From assembly GCF_009914755.1 (NCBI RefSeq), contig NC_060936.1: a stretch of 64,000 bases of DNA; one strand, 5' to 3'. The notes below the pieces were generated by a model. It had not been told where the DNA came from, did no database searches, and saw only the letters and a program-made list of their open reading frames with translations. The DNA is from the human T2T-CHM13v2.0 reference genome, Homo sapiens. Position numbers and translations under genes: made by a program. The number at the start of each line of letters is the position of its first letter. The stretch's first letter is position 1. This document shows positions 13,669 through 26,599 of this stretch, piece by piece.

Positions 13669-16269
13669 AGCATATATCTACTTTAAAAAATAAATAAATC
13701 TTCAGAATGTACACATTGTTTGTAAACTGAATCTTTGTAATCATTACCAAAAATTAAGCTGTCTACTCTTCATATTTGCTCTCTTCCTCCACCTCTTAGC
13801 TAATATAATATTTATTCTTAGCTATTATCTCCTTTATTTTCTAAGTATATGAAAAGGAAAGACAGGCCTTTAGAAAATATATTCTTAGTGTTCCCCTAAT
13901 CACAAACTTTCTTGAAAATTAAAAGACAAAGAAAGGAGCTGAAGTATGTTTAAGGTGTACAGCCTATTTTTTTTCTAGACTTACACTGATTTTTAAAATA
14001 TTTTTGTGAATTTTGAAACTGGGGGAAAAAGAGTGTTACAATGTTCGTTACAATAATTGTAACTTAAATTTGGACAATTTTAAGTAGGCTTTGTGAGGTT
14101 AAACAGTATTAACAGATCTTAAACTCAAAAGTTTGATAACTATAACTACATTTCTTACAATACATTCAGTACCAAATGCAAGTAGCTAATAATTAACTTG
14201 AACAGTCCCATCACAATGATTAAAAATATGTCAACTGACACAAAGGAACTGTTATACCTAATGAGTTCATAAAAGTCTGAGATTACCTACAGGAAGAAAT
14301 ATGAAATATCAATCCTGAATATTTTAATGTTTTAGTATTTGTAAGTCAGGGTGAGGGTCAAACGTAAAATTTTTCAAGGATGTATAAGGGAATTTGTATT
14401 TGGTGAAATAGTAATGAATTTCAGCACTAACATATAATTGGTTTGAAATAGGAAGTTTTGATGCCACATCTGGAGAACAGAATAATATAATCCACAACAG
14501 GTAGTAATTACTTACTGAAGGTAATTGTAATGCAGCTTGAGTTGTAAACATTAATGAAAAAAAAAAGATTTCTAAGCAAATAAAATCTCACGCATCAAAA
14601 AGACAAAAAGTTTGTGATAAATGGTTCATTTAGGCATGCAGTGCTGTGTGGGCAAAATTGGATTGCAATCATAGGCATTTCAAAAAATGAAAACATTAGG
14701 AGAAAAGAAAATTGGACAGAAATGGCAGGGAAATTACAGCCTTTGATCCATTCCGAAGAACTTTTTTTTGAAGCATCATTATGAGTGGGCAGCAAACTCC
14801 TTCCAATCTTCTGTTAAAACTTTTATGAAGCCCTGGAGACCACAAGGTAAAAATAATCAATTTAGGACAGACCATGGAAATATTTTTCAGTGATAATCTT
14901 TTTTTCCCGTAAAATTGTACAAAACTAATTCCAATGTTAAATTGCTATCTGGTCTTGAAATTGACACTTTTAATTTCAGGAGAAGGTCTTCCCTGAATCA
15001 TTTTTGACCTCTTCAACTAACGATCAGTTATTAGACACATGCTTCACGGTAAATTATATGGAGATGGCACAATTTCACAAAAATAAAGAGTATTGTAATG
15101 CTCTTACTGATATATCATTGAGAATATCATGGGTCCAAGAATCATACCTTTAATAATCACACCTTGAAACATAAATGGGCACTATGCTATGGAAACAGAT
15201 CTTTGGCTATTGTAAATAATGCACTATAGTTTCCAAAGGGCTGAGGTGCTATATCTGTATGTGCAAAAACTTAAATTAATCCCTACAGCTTTGAAACAAT
15301 GATGATGATAGACTTGTTCAATTGCTATTAAAATGTCTGTAATTTGATTGTAAACCATTAATATTCGAGATTACCGATTGGCTTTCCTTATTAAACACTG
15401 GTAATTAGTCATTTCATGAGGATTTTTGACCTTTATTGTTAAATCTAGGTTTTTAAATTAGCGTCTCAATATCGTTTAAATTAGTTCTTGTATATAAGAT
15501 TATTTTAAGTTATTATCTTTGGAAGAATGTTACATCCTAAAGTTAAAAAGGAGAATTACTGGCAAATAAGTATAAGAACATTACTTTATATTTGAGTAAA
15601 TAGTAGCTTTATTCTTCTGAGAGGGCTGTTTAAATCAGATTTACAATGCCTGAAGCAAAATCTAGATTTATTTTTTTACTTTATTTGACTTGACTACATT
15701 CTGTTTTCATTAACATTTTCTATTTGACCTTTTGAATTATAGACCCCTTCTAACCTAAAAAGATGTTATTATGAAAGAAGAATGTGTTTGTTTTGTATCT
15801 TTGAAAGTGAATACTGGTTTTATTGCTATTTGAAAATATTACTTAAAATATAGGGAGGTGAAATTTCAAATGAAATGACTGAAATATGTTTTTTCTGTCA
15901 AGATTTTTAACTCAACTATGGGTAAAGTAGTTTCTAGGATTTATTAATCTGCAAGTTCTATAACTAAAATGAATCATTTGCATGACACTTTTAAGGTTGT
16001 AATGGTAATTTTTCTAAATTATCCCTAACAATGTTTAGCATCATAAAATAGTTTCCTAAATAGCCTTTTTCTTAGGTCATTGTAACATATAACATATTTT
16101 TTTAATCTGAAAGAGATGAAAATCCTTGCCTTTGCCCTTGAAGAATCCATACTTTATGGAAAAGACTGATAAGTGATAAATTTAAAAATAGGGTGATGAG
16201 TGCTGTAAGGGAGGTGCTTAAACATCACTGCCTCAGGGACTGCTAGACTAGATTATATCCCCTGTGATA

Positions 16270-16495
16270 GACTGCCTTAGCACACTGAACTTCCCCTGTT
16301 AAAATGATCCACATTCTACATGGCAATTACGTTTTTCAAATCTGTATTCATAATAGACCATAAACTCTACACTGGCCCCACACCTTCTCTCTTGCTCACT
16401 ATAGTATCTTCAATGCCAAGCATCATTTCTGACACATAGTAGCTGACTTATACATACTCACTGAAGAAATAAGTAAATGAGGGTGAATGAATGAA
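16270..16495 (+). mobile_element. L2 3' end
   Basis: tagaccataaactc...tgacacatagtag...gaatgaatgaa tail. Confidence 0.7.
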
Positions 16496-16544
16496 AGGTC
16501 TGAAACGGTGTTTTGTTATGTAACCCAGATTAGACTAGTTTTGA

Positions 16545-17099
16545 ATTTTTTATTTTTAATTTATAAATAGTAATTGTATATGTTGATGGGGTCCAGTGAG
16601 ATGTTTTGATATTTGTATACAACATGGTATAATTAAATCAAGTAATTAACATATCCATCAGTTCATATTCTAGTGTTTCATGGTGAGAGCATTTAAAATC
16701 TACTCTTTTAACAATTTTGAACCGTACATTATTACTAACTGTAGTCTCCAACAGATGAATAAAGAAAATGTGGTATATACACACAATAGAATACTATTCA
16801 GCCATTAAAAGGGAAATTCTGTCATTTGCAACAACATGAATGAACCTAGAAGACTTTATTCTAAGTAAAATAAGCAGGCACCAAGAGATAAATATTGCAT
16901 GGTCTCACTTATATATGGACTCTTAAAAGTCAAACTCACAGAAGTAGAGTAAAATGGTGTTTACCAAAAGGTGTATTGGAGAAGAGGGGTAGTGGGACTT
17001 TGGTCAAAGGATACAAATTACAATTAGACAGGAGGAATAAGTTTTTGAGATGTAGTGGACAGCATGGAGACAGACCATAGTTAATAATAATGTATATTT
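16545..17099 (-). mobile_element. L1MA 3' fragment with 5' inversion (16545-16749 minus; 16750-17099 plus)
   Basis: Antisense 3' end (poly-T, taattgtatatgttgatgggg...ggtgagagcatttaaaatctactct) abuts sense upstream L1 sequence (aaagaaaatgtggtatatacacacaatagaatactattcagcc). Confidence 0.85.
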
Positions 17100-17299
17100 C
17101 AGATCAGACCATTTTTAAATGGGCACTGAACTGTCATAAAAGAAATTCCAAGTGAACATGATGAGGAGGGCACAAAAACAAGATGATAGTCATGCCAAGG
17201 TGCAGAGGTGAGAAAGAGCACAGAGCAAGTTAAATCAACTGCAAGGAATCTGGAATGATTGGGCATTCATAGAATAGTATTGCAGAATAATTGCTTAAG

Positions 17300-17965
17300 A
17301 TATTATATTGTATTTTGTTGTTGCCCTCCTCCATTTCGAGCAAGTAACCCATTACTTGTCTAAAGGCATTTTCTTTTCAGAGAAGAAAGGAGAAACAGCC
17401 AGGAGTCATTAGCAGTTCTTGTTTTTTATGAGAGTTTAAATGTATTGAAGAGATACGTTAAGTGCCTAGAAAAAAGGAAAATAAAGGGGAGCATGATTTT
17501 GAGGACAAGGAGGGAATAAGAAGAGCGACTCCTCGAGATAAGAAAGGGGAGCTAGTTTGTCAGGACCGTAAGACAATGGTAATGACTGTGCCACAGACCC
17601 AGAGGCTGCTGGCTTCACCTCAGAGTCCTGTGTCCCAATGACAGAATGAAGAGAAGGGAAGATGGGGTGATAAACCTATTGAAGAAACCACACTGGCTGA
17701 GAAATTGGGCATGTCAGAGGTGTCAAGGGTTGGCAGAGGAATTATGACCAGAGGAACTTCCATTCCTGCTTGGCATTCAGTAAATTCCTGGGACTTCGGA
17801 ACAACCTGGAGATTATAAAGTTCCATATTTACTAAGATTGACATTCCCACCTGCCAGGAAGAATGGGAACTTGGAGTCAGTTTTAAGATGATTTATGAAA
17901 ATAAATAAATGCAGTAGTTTTGTCATTTGAATTTGCAACTTGAAATTCATATGTGCTACCTAACC
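17300..17965. mobile_element. Possible ancient LTR (MamGyp-like) inserted in L2
   Basis: Non-L2 block between L2 segments, with a purine-rich body and aataaa near the end; family assignment is tentative. Confidence 0.3.
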
Positions 17966-17969
17966 TAGA

Positions 17970-19340
17970 AAGACAGGTTAGAGGCACATCACTGAAGGGA
18001 TCATATATCAAGCTAATACATTTGAAATTGATTCTGAAGAGAGTCGGCCATTAATGGTTTTTAATCAGGAGAATAATAAAAAACATCACCCTAATGATGA
18101 CAAAAGGTTGGACTGGACAGCAACAAGACTAGTGGGAAGTTGACCAGGTACAGCCAATATTGCAGTCGAGTTGATGAGCTGGACCAAAGATTATGAGTAT
18201 AGAAAGGAGCTGATGGTTTGAGAGCTATTTAGGCTGTAGAATCACCTTGATTAGATGTCTGTGGTGAAGTAAAAACAAACCTCAGAGCACTCCCAAGTTC
18301 CTGGTTCACAGCAGGGCAGTACAGAGGAGATGTAATATTATCATTTGTCCCAAAAAGTACGAGGGATGTGCTGACGAGAGAAGGGAGAAAATGATATGGA
18401 GTTCAGGAGAGAGAAATTGGGGGCTTATCAGCAAAGTTGAATGTCAAACCACATAAAAGAGACATGGCCCAGAAATGTATAGATAGTAAAAGGGCTGAGA
18501 AAAGAACTGTGTGTATTCAGGAAGTTTCAAAGAAGACTGAGGAAGAGTGAGCACAAAGCTAGAAGAACAGTAGAGAATGATGTCACAGGAGAAGTGAGAG
18601 GAGAAATTTTCTGGAAGGAGAGATTAGTCAACTGTGACAGATACTACTAAAGGGAGAGAAATTAAAATAAACTTAGGAAATTTGAACGATAAGACTTTAG
18701 ATGACCTGCGAGAAAAGAATGTGCAGATGTAGGGGGATAATGTGGAAACCAGACTTCAATGGGTCAAAAAGGCAGTTCTAAGTGATGATGTAGATATGTT
18801 ACAGAATTTGATCAGGAGGAGAGAGGGAGATGCAGGACTCTGAATGGTTTTTAGGACATAGGAAGTTGGCAGTGGAAAGGAGTGAGATACAAACAGACAT
18901 ACCTCTTCTATTGGCATGGAAGGGTGGTTGGAATCCTTATGAAGTGAGAATCGTTTTGCACTTTGTATAGGGCAGTTAGAAGTGGAAGAAAAGTGCCAGC
19001 TATCACGGAGATTGTTGTTTGTTTGCCTCTATTTTCTGAAGGGAAATGTATGAGAGAGGAATTATCTGTTATATGAGGAATATTATGTGAGGAATTATAT
19101 ATTCCTCATATAATCTCATATTACCTAAATATTTATCCATTATATCTATTCTATGAGAAATTGTGTGGAGGTATCTCTATAAAATGAGAAAGGAATTGTA
19201 TGCTGAGAGTGAGGACACAGCTTGGAATATTAATGGTTTAGAAGTAAGCATAGTAAGTATTTGAAGAATAGAATGGAAAGGGAAGCTTGACTAGGGACAG
19301 GTGAAAGGGGTATTATAGAAATTTTTGCTAGGAGCAAAGC
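17970..19340 (-). mobile_element. Long degenerate L2
   Basis: ggtttttaatcaggagaa...gattagatgtctgtggtga...ggagttcaggagagagaaa...gaagactgaggaagag...tgatgtcacagga...gctgagagtgag. Confidence 0.75.
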
Positions 19341-20844
19341 TTTCATTTTGGGTCCAAACTATGGAAACTAATTAACTGATGATGCTTCATAAAAAGCAAG
19401 AAAAATGTAAAAAAAAAAAAAAAAAGTAAGAGAAATTAAGACCTAGGAGAAACCTTAGGTTTTACCCATTATTACTATCCTTCTCATTTATATAAGAAAA
19501 TTATTACCCTTCTCATTATATATAAGAATATTCAAGACCCTTTAATTTAAGGTAAGCTACATTAATCTTGACAATAAGCTATAAGTGCCTATTTCCCAAG
19601 TTGTCATCGATGACCAAAAAACAACCCCCAAAAAGGCATTAAACTCAAAAGGAACCCTCACTGGGAGAGGTTGAGGGAAACGGGGCTGAGTTCTAGCCCA
19701 AGACATAGGTATTTCCAAAATTATTTAATTTCACAGGTTTCTCAGCTTTTGTCATCTGGAAAATAAAAACCTTAAATTTAATAGTACTTATGATCTCTAT
19801 AATCAATTGGATGCCAATCAGATCAAATTCACCTGCTTTCAAATTTAACAATAAACCTATGCCCCTAGCTAGCTATCTGGAAAATTGTAGGTCGGAAGAA
19901 GAGCCATTGAACATGTTAGAAAACTCTGTTCTGTTTCACTACCTAAAAGAAAAATCGAGTTACAATTTTGATGGTTTATTGGCTACCCTAATGCAATCTA
20001 TGTTATAGGATGGCTGTGGTTAAAAACTCAGTTGATGAACAATACAGACACATTAATTATGACTGGAAAAAATAAACATAAGCACAGAGGATATAATGCA
20101 TTTTATATGTAAATTATCCTGCCTTATGATAATCAAACTATGCAGCAATGGTAACCCTTCTTACTATAATGGTTATTTTCAAATGCTTTTACTTCGTTAA
20201 GTGGACTTCATAGATGATAATCTCTGACATAAAAATCATTCAATTGTCATCACTATTTCTTCAGAAAATTTGAAAGTTCATAGGTCTTTACTTAAAATGA
20301 GTCATTACGATGGTGCTATTTTTCTTTCTACTGTTTGTCTGCCCATGTATTCAATTAGACATTTGAGGTTCAGAAATAAAATCAAGTTGAATGTTTATCA
20401 GTTGGATATAAAACATGTACCCACATGGAAATCACTGTTGCTAATAATGTTGTCTCTATTTTACAGTCAGAGAAATTGACATTCAGAAAGATTAAAGAAC
20501 TATGAAAACCAAGCAGATTTTAGTTGACAAATCTGAGAATCAAGCCCCTGACTTTATAAACTTAAAGTCCATTGATGTCCACTCTATAGCTTAGACTTCA
20601 GATACATTCTGCCAATCATTAGTGTGAAGTTAGGCTGAGACCTACTAGCTCATGTTACTACTAACCTGATTCTTGGTTAAATTTCTGTGGTGTATATCAG
20701 AGTTAAATATTCACAGGTATGTTAAAGAGCCACTGAAGAGCTCTTCAGAAGCTCTTCAATTTCAGAAGCTCTAAAATTTCAGAAATCACAAGAAAACTAT
20801 TATTTTAGTTTAGTTAAATGTTACCTTAAAATATTGGTTAACAT

Positions 20845-21070
20845 GTATTGAGTACTTACCCCATTGTTATGAGAACATTATGGGTAGGAATTTATTTAAT
20901 CCTGAAACAACTCTATGACATAGGTACGTTTTTTTCTCCTTTTTTTTTTTTAATAAATGAGGGATCTGAGGGACAGAGAAGTTAAATACCTTGACAAGGT
21001 CATACAGCTTGTAAGTTTTGGAGCTAGATTAGGAAGCAGTCTGACCCCAGAATCTATGCTTTACACCACT
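20845..21070 (-). mobile_element. MIR
   Basis: atttaatcctgaaacaactctatga...gagggacagagaagttaaataccttgacaaggtcatacagct...gtctgaccccaga. Confidence 0.85.
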
Positions 21071-22943
21071 GTCAGGTAGAGATAATGGGGGGAAAAAGAG
21101 CAAAACATTGAATTCAATGATTACTTACATTTTGATGAGAAGCAGGAAAATCCCTGTAGAGTGAAGCATTTAGAAAATAATGGTGTTGGGGCATGTGATA
21201 ACTAAATGAGGACCACATAGTAACAAACGGAGAGAACTTCAAACACTTCGTGAAAGGGTCACTGAGGACATATTGCTTCATAGTTTCACCTGGAATGTGT
21301 GAAGATAAGTTTAGAGGGAAAAGCATATGGACTTGAGGCCTTGGAATCAACATGACAACTAAGGTTTTGGGGGGAAAAAATGCTGTTTCACTCCACTGAA
21401 GGCATATTGCACCACTTAGAGGTGCTTATTACTGAATACATCTACCAAGAAACATATGAAAGAGCCAGGAAATTATCTCTACTCCCACATGAAACAGCCA
21501 TATGGCCATGGCACCACGATTTCACTCTTCTAAGCTCTTAAGCTCAGGATCTGATGAGCAAGAAAACATAAAAATAAATATTTAGCTAAATTTATGAGCC
21601 AAGTGTAGAAATTAAAAGTATATCAACATCAAGTTAATGGAAACAATGAAAATATATTATAAAAACAGAAAAATACATCTTGCTAAAGGACAAGCTAAAG
21701 AACTATGTTCATTGCCATGAAAGACCAAACAAATGTAAGAGAGATAAAAATAAAGCAAGAGATTATAAAGAGATATAAGAAAAATCATTTTATTGAAGAG
21801 CTAATCAAATATTAGAATGGGCTGCCAAGAGGGATTATAGAGGCTCTGTCTCTGAATATCAGAAGGGATGCTGTTCATCCTCATTAGTTAAAAATTCAGA
21901 TGTTGGAAGGCAGGGACTCCCTAGGATCCCAGTGTTAATATAGAAATCCATACTCAGCTGTAATCATTGTCTCTGAGGCATTAACAATCCAAACATGCCT
22001 GAGTTTCTCTGTTGACATTATATTCTTTTAAAATAGGGTAAAACTTTCTTCTCATCTAGGCATCAAATCAACTGTAAAGATTTTGTTTAAAATCTGTGAG
22101 TAATTTAGTAGTGTCCTAGATTCACAGTGATGTCCCTAAATAACACAAAATATGTTTTAATGTACTTTATATATCAGAAAAGACAGCCTATTACAGTTAT
22201 GTTTCCATCAATGCATTCTTTATCACAATTACAAATATCTAGTTTCACTTTTAAAATGTGCATTAAAATGGAACAAACTTCTCTGACAGACTTTTAGTGA
22301 TGACTCCATTTCAGAAGGGAAAAAGCCAAAGGGAATTCTTCTGTTGCCTTCCGGCCTCTCTTGTGTATTTCCTCTTCACAGAGTAGAACTTGAATACTTT
22401 CAACCAACCAACGTGAGATGGGAATTTGTTAACAATTACATAACCTCAGTGGATAACTTGATTGCCTAATCAGCCATTGTTACATGTGTGGAGCAAATTA
22501 CTAAATCATGTACTCAGTCTCTAACCAATCTTCCTAGAGGAAAAACATATTAAAATCTACTTAGGTCTAACATCTGGTCATTGTATATCTATCAAGTACC
22601 GTATGCCAAGTGTGTTACATATACGACTTCATACTAAGAACAACCTTGGACAAGATGAGTATTATTATTATTCATTTTACAAGTGACAAAACCAGAACTC
22701 AATAGGGTTTGACAGAATGAACTGACAGAATTGTGAAGCTAATCCAGAGAGGTTTATCTGACTTAGAAAGCCCACCATCAGTGAGCGAGGCCGTATGACC
22801 TCATTTTAATCAGGGAAGCTCACTGGTGTTCCTTGTATACACAGATGGCTTGTACGGGTAAATTATCTGTGTATGTGTGTAACCCTTTAAGGTTGTTTGC
22901 CTTCAGAGACTATTCTTACCCCCAAACTGCCTGAAAACTGTAG

Positions 22944-23296
<353 letters not shown>

Positions 23297-24259
23297 TGTT
23301 CAGTTAATTTTTAATTCAATTATTTAATCAAAAATCATCAAAATTTAACACAACTTAAAGGTTCTGATTAGATGTACTCAGTGACTTCACTCAGAGAAGG
23401 GTCCTACTTGGCGAGCATGACTGTCACTTGTCACAAGCAAACACTTCCAGGTCACCTTTCCCCTCACCAATACAGGCAGGAAGTGTCCAGAGCTTCACCT
23501 CTAGAATTGGCTTAGGCAAGAGAGAGACAGACTGATGGGGAGGAAAAGAGGAGGAGGGAAAGGTGGTGTCAGGGTGAGGTGCAGAGAAGAGGAACTTGTA
23601 GAGTTCAAGTAGACTGCCTAGACTGATCCTGGGTCTGGGTCACCCATCCCTGCTCCTGCCACCTCTGCACCTGCTGCAGTTAGTACCCTCTCCTTTCCAC
23701 TGTCAGGCAAGCTTGTCACGCAAGACAAAGTGAACTGCTTGCCGTTTATTGCAAGGGAACTTTTTAGCAGTGACCTTTAAAAGCACCACATCCTATAGGC
23801 ATGACTATCATTCACCCTTTGCATTGATGCAGGTGGCTGAAGTATGACACCAGGTTATGCACCTTGGGCAATTAAAAATTGCAAAAGACAGACTGACACT
23901 AGGTGAAAAAACCAAAATAGCTACTTCAGAATCAACCTCCATCCCGTCGCTATTTAGAGACTTCTTTTTTGAAATAGAAAGTGACAAAAAGTCCCCCACT
24001 TTAAATGAAACCTAAACATGTTTAACTCTGTCTGTACAAAGAACCTGACAAAAATAATGTACTCATTTGACCTTATATGATAAATATGTGCTTCCATTCC
24101 ATGTTGGTTTGATGGTACTGTTCATCTAATAAATACTTATGGAGTATTGGACAAATGTCAGGAACTAGATTGGGTATTAAGAATATAAGGAAAAAACAGG
24201 ATATTGTCACTGCCAGTGAAAGACTGGCTTTATAATTGGAAAGGCAAACAATTATAGGA

Positions 24260-24500
24260 CTTTGTACTAAGAGCTTTAACCTTACTATGCCCTGGAATTC
24301 TTCTAAGTGATTTAAGTATATTAACCCAATAATTCTCCCAACAACTTTTCACATGGTTGCTATTATTATCCCCCATTTTACTAATAGAGAAAATAAAGCA
24401 CAGAGAGGTTAAGTGACTTACTAATTTATTTATTAATACCTCTGAAACTAGGACTCAAACTCAGGCAGCTGACTCCAGAGTCCACATTTACATCCACCAT
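24260..24500 (-). mobile_element. MIR (preceded by an L2 tail at ~24120-24250)
   Basis: attattatcccccattttac...gcacagagaggttaagtgactt...gactcaaactcaggcagctgactccagagt. Confidence 0.85.
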
Positions 24501-24509
24501 GGTATAAAG

Positions 24510-25065
24510 GAGCAGTCCCCAATTTTGGCATTGGGGACCAGTTTCATGGAAGACGATTTTTCCATGGACCAGTGGGGAATGAACGGGGTGGTTTCGGGGT
24601 GATTCAAGCACACTACATTTATCATGCACTTTATTTCTATTATTATTACATTGTAACATATATACATATGTTACAAGTAACTACATATGTACAAGTAACT
24701 ACATAACTCACTATCATGTAGAATCAGTGCGATCCCTGAGCTTATTGTCCTACAACTAGATGGTCCCATCTGGGGGTGATGGGAGACAATGACAGATCAT
24801 CAGGCATTAAATTCTCATAGGGAGCACACAACCCAGATTCCTCACATGCACAGTTCACAATAGGGTTGGCCCTCCTGGAAGTATCTAATGTCACTGCTGA
24901 TCTGACAAGAGGTGGAGCTCAGGTAGTAATGTGAGTGATGAAGAGGGGCTGTAAATACAAATGAAGCTTTGCTGCTTACCTGCCACTCACCTCCTGCTGT
25001 GTGGCCTTGGTCCTGAGAGGCCACACACCAGTACTGGTCCATGGCCTGTAGTTTGGGGACCCCTG
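24510..25065 (+). mobile_element. MER1A (hAT-Charlie), near full length
   Basis: gtccccaa...ccagtttcatggaagac...gatcatcaggcatta...tttggggacccctg terminal inverted repeats. Confidence 0.92.
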
Positions 25066-25145
25066 CTATAATCACCTAAAATAAGAGAGTGACCCTTTCA
25101 GGGGAACCAGGAAATATTTCTGAGTAATAATAATAGATGATAAAA

Positions 25146-25439
25146 GGCCAGGCATGGTGGCTCATACCTGTAATCCCAGCACTTTAGGAGGCTGAGTCGG
25201 GTGGATCGCTTGAGCTCAGGAGTTCAAGACCAGCCTGGGCAACATGGTGAAAACCCATCTCTACAAAAAATACAAAAATATCTGGCTGTAGTGGAGCACA
25301 CCTGTAGTCCCAGCTATTTTGGAGGCTGATGCAGGAGAATCACTTCAGCCCAGGAAGTCGAGGCTGCAGTGAGCTGTGATCACGCCACTGAACTCCAGCC
25401 TGGGTGACAAGTGAAACCTTGTCTCAAAAAAAAAAAAAA
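25146..25439 (+). mobile_element. AluJ (Jb-like)
   Basis: gatcgcttgagctcagg, ctgggcaacatgg, gaggctgcagtgagc; A tail; residual TSD tgataaaa. Confidence 0.9.
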
Positions 25440-25913
25440 TTGATAAAAGATAGGTTGAATTTATAGTCAAAGAAAAGTATTTCAAGGCAAAACATGTAGC
25501 ATGTCCTGAGGCAACACAGTTTGTTCAAGGAACCTTGATGAAGTCTGTAAAAAATGGCATTTAAAGTATGTCAGAGAAATGAAGAAAGGCGGGGAAATTA
25601 CATTAGGACCAGATTGGAAAAGGCCTCTTATGCTTTGCTGAAGAGTTTGCACTTTATCCTGCAAACAATAGAGAGACAGCAAAGGTTTCCAAAGCAAGGA
25701 AAGAGAGGTGAACAGTAAGGTGGAGCATAGGCTGGTGGATTCTCTCCAAATTATAGAAAACGCAAAATGTAGAAATTAGGTAGGTTTAGAGATGATGCAT
25801 ACATATCATATTCAGCATTTTGTTTTCTAAGACTTATCCTGAGGACTGACAAAGAGAGTACTGGGGAGTGAAGACAGAAAGAGGAAACAGAAGACAGAAT
25901 GGCTGGGAAGGTT

Positions 25914-26248
25914 GAGTAGTCCCCCCTCATCTGTGGATTGCTTTCCAAGGTTTCAGTTACCTGTGGTCAACCACAGATTGAAAATATTACAGTATTTTGA
26001 GACAGAGAGAGACAGAGAGATAGACCATGTTCATGTAACTTTTATTACAGTATATTATTATAATTGTTCTATCTTATTATGGTAATTGTTGTTACTCTCT
26101 CACTGTGCCTAATTTATACGTTAAACTTTATCATAGGTATGTATATGTAGGAAAAAAATAGTATATCTAGGGTTCACTACTATCTAAGGCTTCAGGCCTC
26201 CACTGGGGAAATTGGAACGTAACCCCCATGGAGAAAGGGAGATTACTG
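25914..26248. mobile_element. MER44A-like TcMar-Tigger MITE
   Basis: agtagtcccccctcatctgtgg...gtttcagttacctgtggtcaacc...gggagattactg followed by TA. Confidence 0.8.
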
Positions 26249-26266
26249 TACACAGAAAACCATTAG

Positions 26267-26435
26267 CATGTTTCATCAAATCTAAGGCACCATCGACTGT
26301 AGAGCACATTAATTTTAAGAAATCCTAAGAAAGAAAAATACTTCCAGTTAAACACCGTCTGTTATTAGATACATTCCAATTTCTCGGAGTTAAAATGTAG
26401 CAGGGAATGCATCTCAGAATCTATGAAATATTGTA
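26267..26435. mobile_element. Old Tigger-type MITE
   Basis: tttcatcaaatctaag at the left end pairs with ctcagaatctatgaaa at the right end (degenerate TIRs). Confidence 0.5.
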
Positions 26436-26599
26436 TAATAACTTAGGCAAAAGTAGAATTGATCACTGGTTCCAGCCACTGAGTAAATGAGAACATAAAT
26501 TAATTGCAAAAATACTTATTGAGTGTTGCAAAAATACTTACTGAGTATTACATGGAAATATAATGGAGATGTTGAGAATAAATGGCGGTTGTGATTGAA

